A DNA stretch of 64,000 nt. Origin: Lachnospiraceae bacterium (lineage in GTDB: Bacteria; Bacillota; Clostridia; Lachnospirales; Lachnospiraceae). A program made the translations under genes and the position numbers. The stretch lies in assembly GCA_045627085.1 (NCBI GenBank), contig JAZQNB010000023.1, positions 14,591 through 78,590 on the forward strand, in the 5' to 3' direction. Below, piece after piece: positions 63,535 through 64,000 of this stretch. The notes beneath the pieces were generated by a model. That model did not search any database. It was given only the letters and a program-made list of their open reading frames with translations, and was not told the DNA's origin. The first letter of the stretch is position 1. Every line of letters starts with the position of its first letter.

Positions 63535-64000
63535 ATGACAGATGTTGTAATTGCTAAGAAAAAAAGATCTATAAACTCGGTTAGTATACCGACAGAGGTG
63601 TTAATAAACATAGTGATGATTGCGTTTTGTGCGCTTTGTATCGTCCCGTTTATATTAGTTGTTATTGTGTCATTTTCTTCGAGAGAAAGCATAAGAGAGA
63701 TAGGATATTCTTTTTTTCCCACGTCTCTTTCGGTGGAAGCTTATCAATATGCGATAAAGATGGGATATGCTCTATGGAGGGCGTACTTTAACAGCTTTGT
63801 CATTACCATATTAGGGACGTTTTTCAGCGTTTTGATATGCATGCTTTATTCATATGCTTTATTTAGAAGAGACTTTAAATATCGATCTTTTTTTACATTT
63901 TTTGCTTTTTTCACAACACTTTTTGGAGGAGGACTGGTTCCTACTTATGTAGTTTGTAAACAGCTTCTTGGTATGCAGGATAATTATTGGGCGGTGATAG
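63535..64000 (+). CDS. Carbohydrate ABC transporter permease (LplC/MalG-like); 3' end runs off the window
   Basis: Not in the ORF track because no stop is reached. Hand translation from ATG 63535 gives MTDVVIAKKKRSINSVSIPTEVLINIVMIAFCALCIVPFILVVIVSFSSRESIREIGYSFFPTSLSVEAYQYAIKMGYALWRAYFNSFVITILGTFFSVLICMLYSYALFRRDF.., open to the window end. RBS GAAAGGAAAA. Confidence 0.8.
   Translation, partial: MTDVVIAKKKRSINSVSIPTEVLINIVMIAFCALCIVPFILVVIVSFSSRESIREIGYSFFPTSLSVEAYQYAIKMGYALWRAYFNSFVITILGTFFSVLICMLYSYALFRRDFKYRSFFTFFAFFTTLFGGGLVPTYVVCKQLLGMQDNYWAVI

Noticed and set aside
1-64000. Search for CRISPR arrays, tRNA/rRNA genes, IS elements, integrases, phage genes, toxin-antitoxin pairs or classical defence systems
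   Set aside because: None were recognised by eye. There are no spaced direct repeats and no transposase-, recombinase- or nuclease-like ORFs. The only tandem repeat is the precursor triplication. A tRNAscan, Infernal or PADLOC run would be needed to exclude them formally.

Overview
Low-GC Firmicutes chromosomal segment, probably a Clostridia/Lachnospiraceae-like gut or rumen saccharolytic organism. It is almost fully coding and nearly all on the + strand. I saw no rRNA, tRNA, CRISPR array, transposase or integrase. Layout: (1) 1-9.0 kb, cell-envelope polysaccharide locus with GT2 glycosyltransferases, pgcA-type phosphoglucomutase, a polyprenyl-P sugar-phosphate priming transferase and an LCP ligase. 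(2) 9.1-12.2 kb, monocistronic htrA-like protease and an unusually long clpX. (3) 12.3-20.1 kb, ABC efflux operon with three tandem paralogous HlyD-like adaptor lipoproteins, a 932-aa double-FtsX permease and two different ATPases, one carrying an AbrB-like tail. (4) 20.2-37.3 kb, glycan locus with a GH18 lipoprotein, a divergent GH94-like enzyme, an ABC importer, a YesM/YesN-type two-component system, a sugar-binding-domain/GGDEF fusion, a canonical GH94 disaccharide phosphorylase and a PGM/PMM mutase. (5) 37.4-43.6 kb, HK-SBP-RR three-component sensor plus nagB and nagA. (6) 43.7-56.0 kb, ABC importer, two tandem GH65 phosphorylases, a convergent LacI regulator, pgmB, a beta-helix glycosidase and a discoidin-domain protein, with three copies of a GTTTAACGTT-type palindrome as candidate LacI operators. 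(7) 56.1-62.3 kb, the stand-out: a terminator-bracketed RiPP-type operon. It has three tandem paralogous ~80-aa Cys-rich precursor peptides, a radical SAM/SPASM maturase, a family-unknown maturation partner, an ACP-like protein, an ABC exporter and a minimal cytoplasmic S8 peptidase. To my knowledge the product and chemistry are uncharacterised. (8) 62.5-64.0 kb, start of another sugar ABC permease pair; the second gene runs off the window. All functional calls rest on motif recognition by eye. No database search was run.
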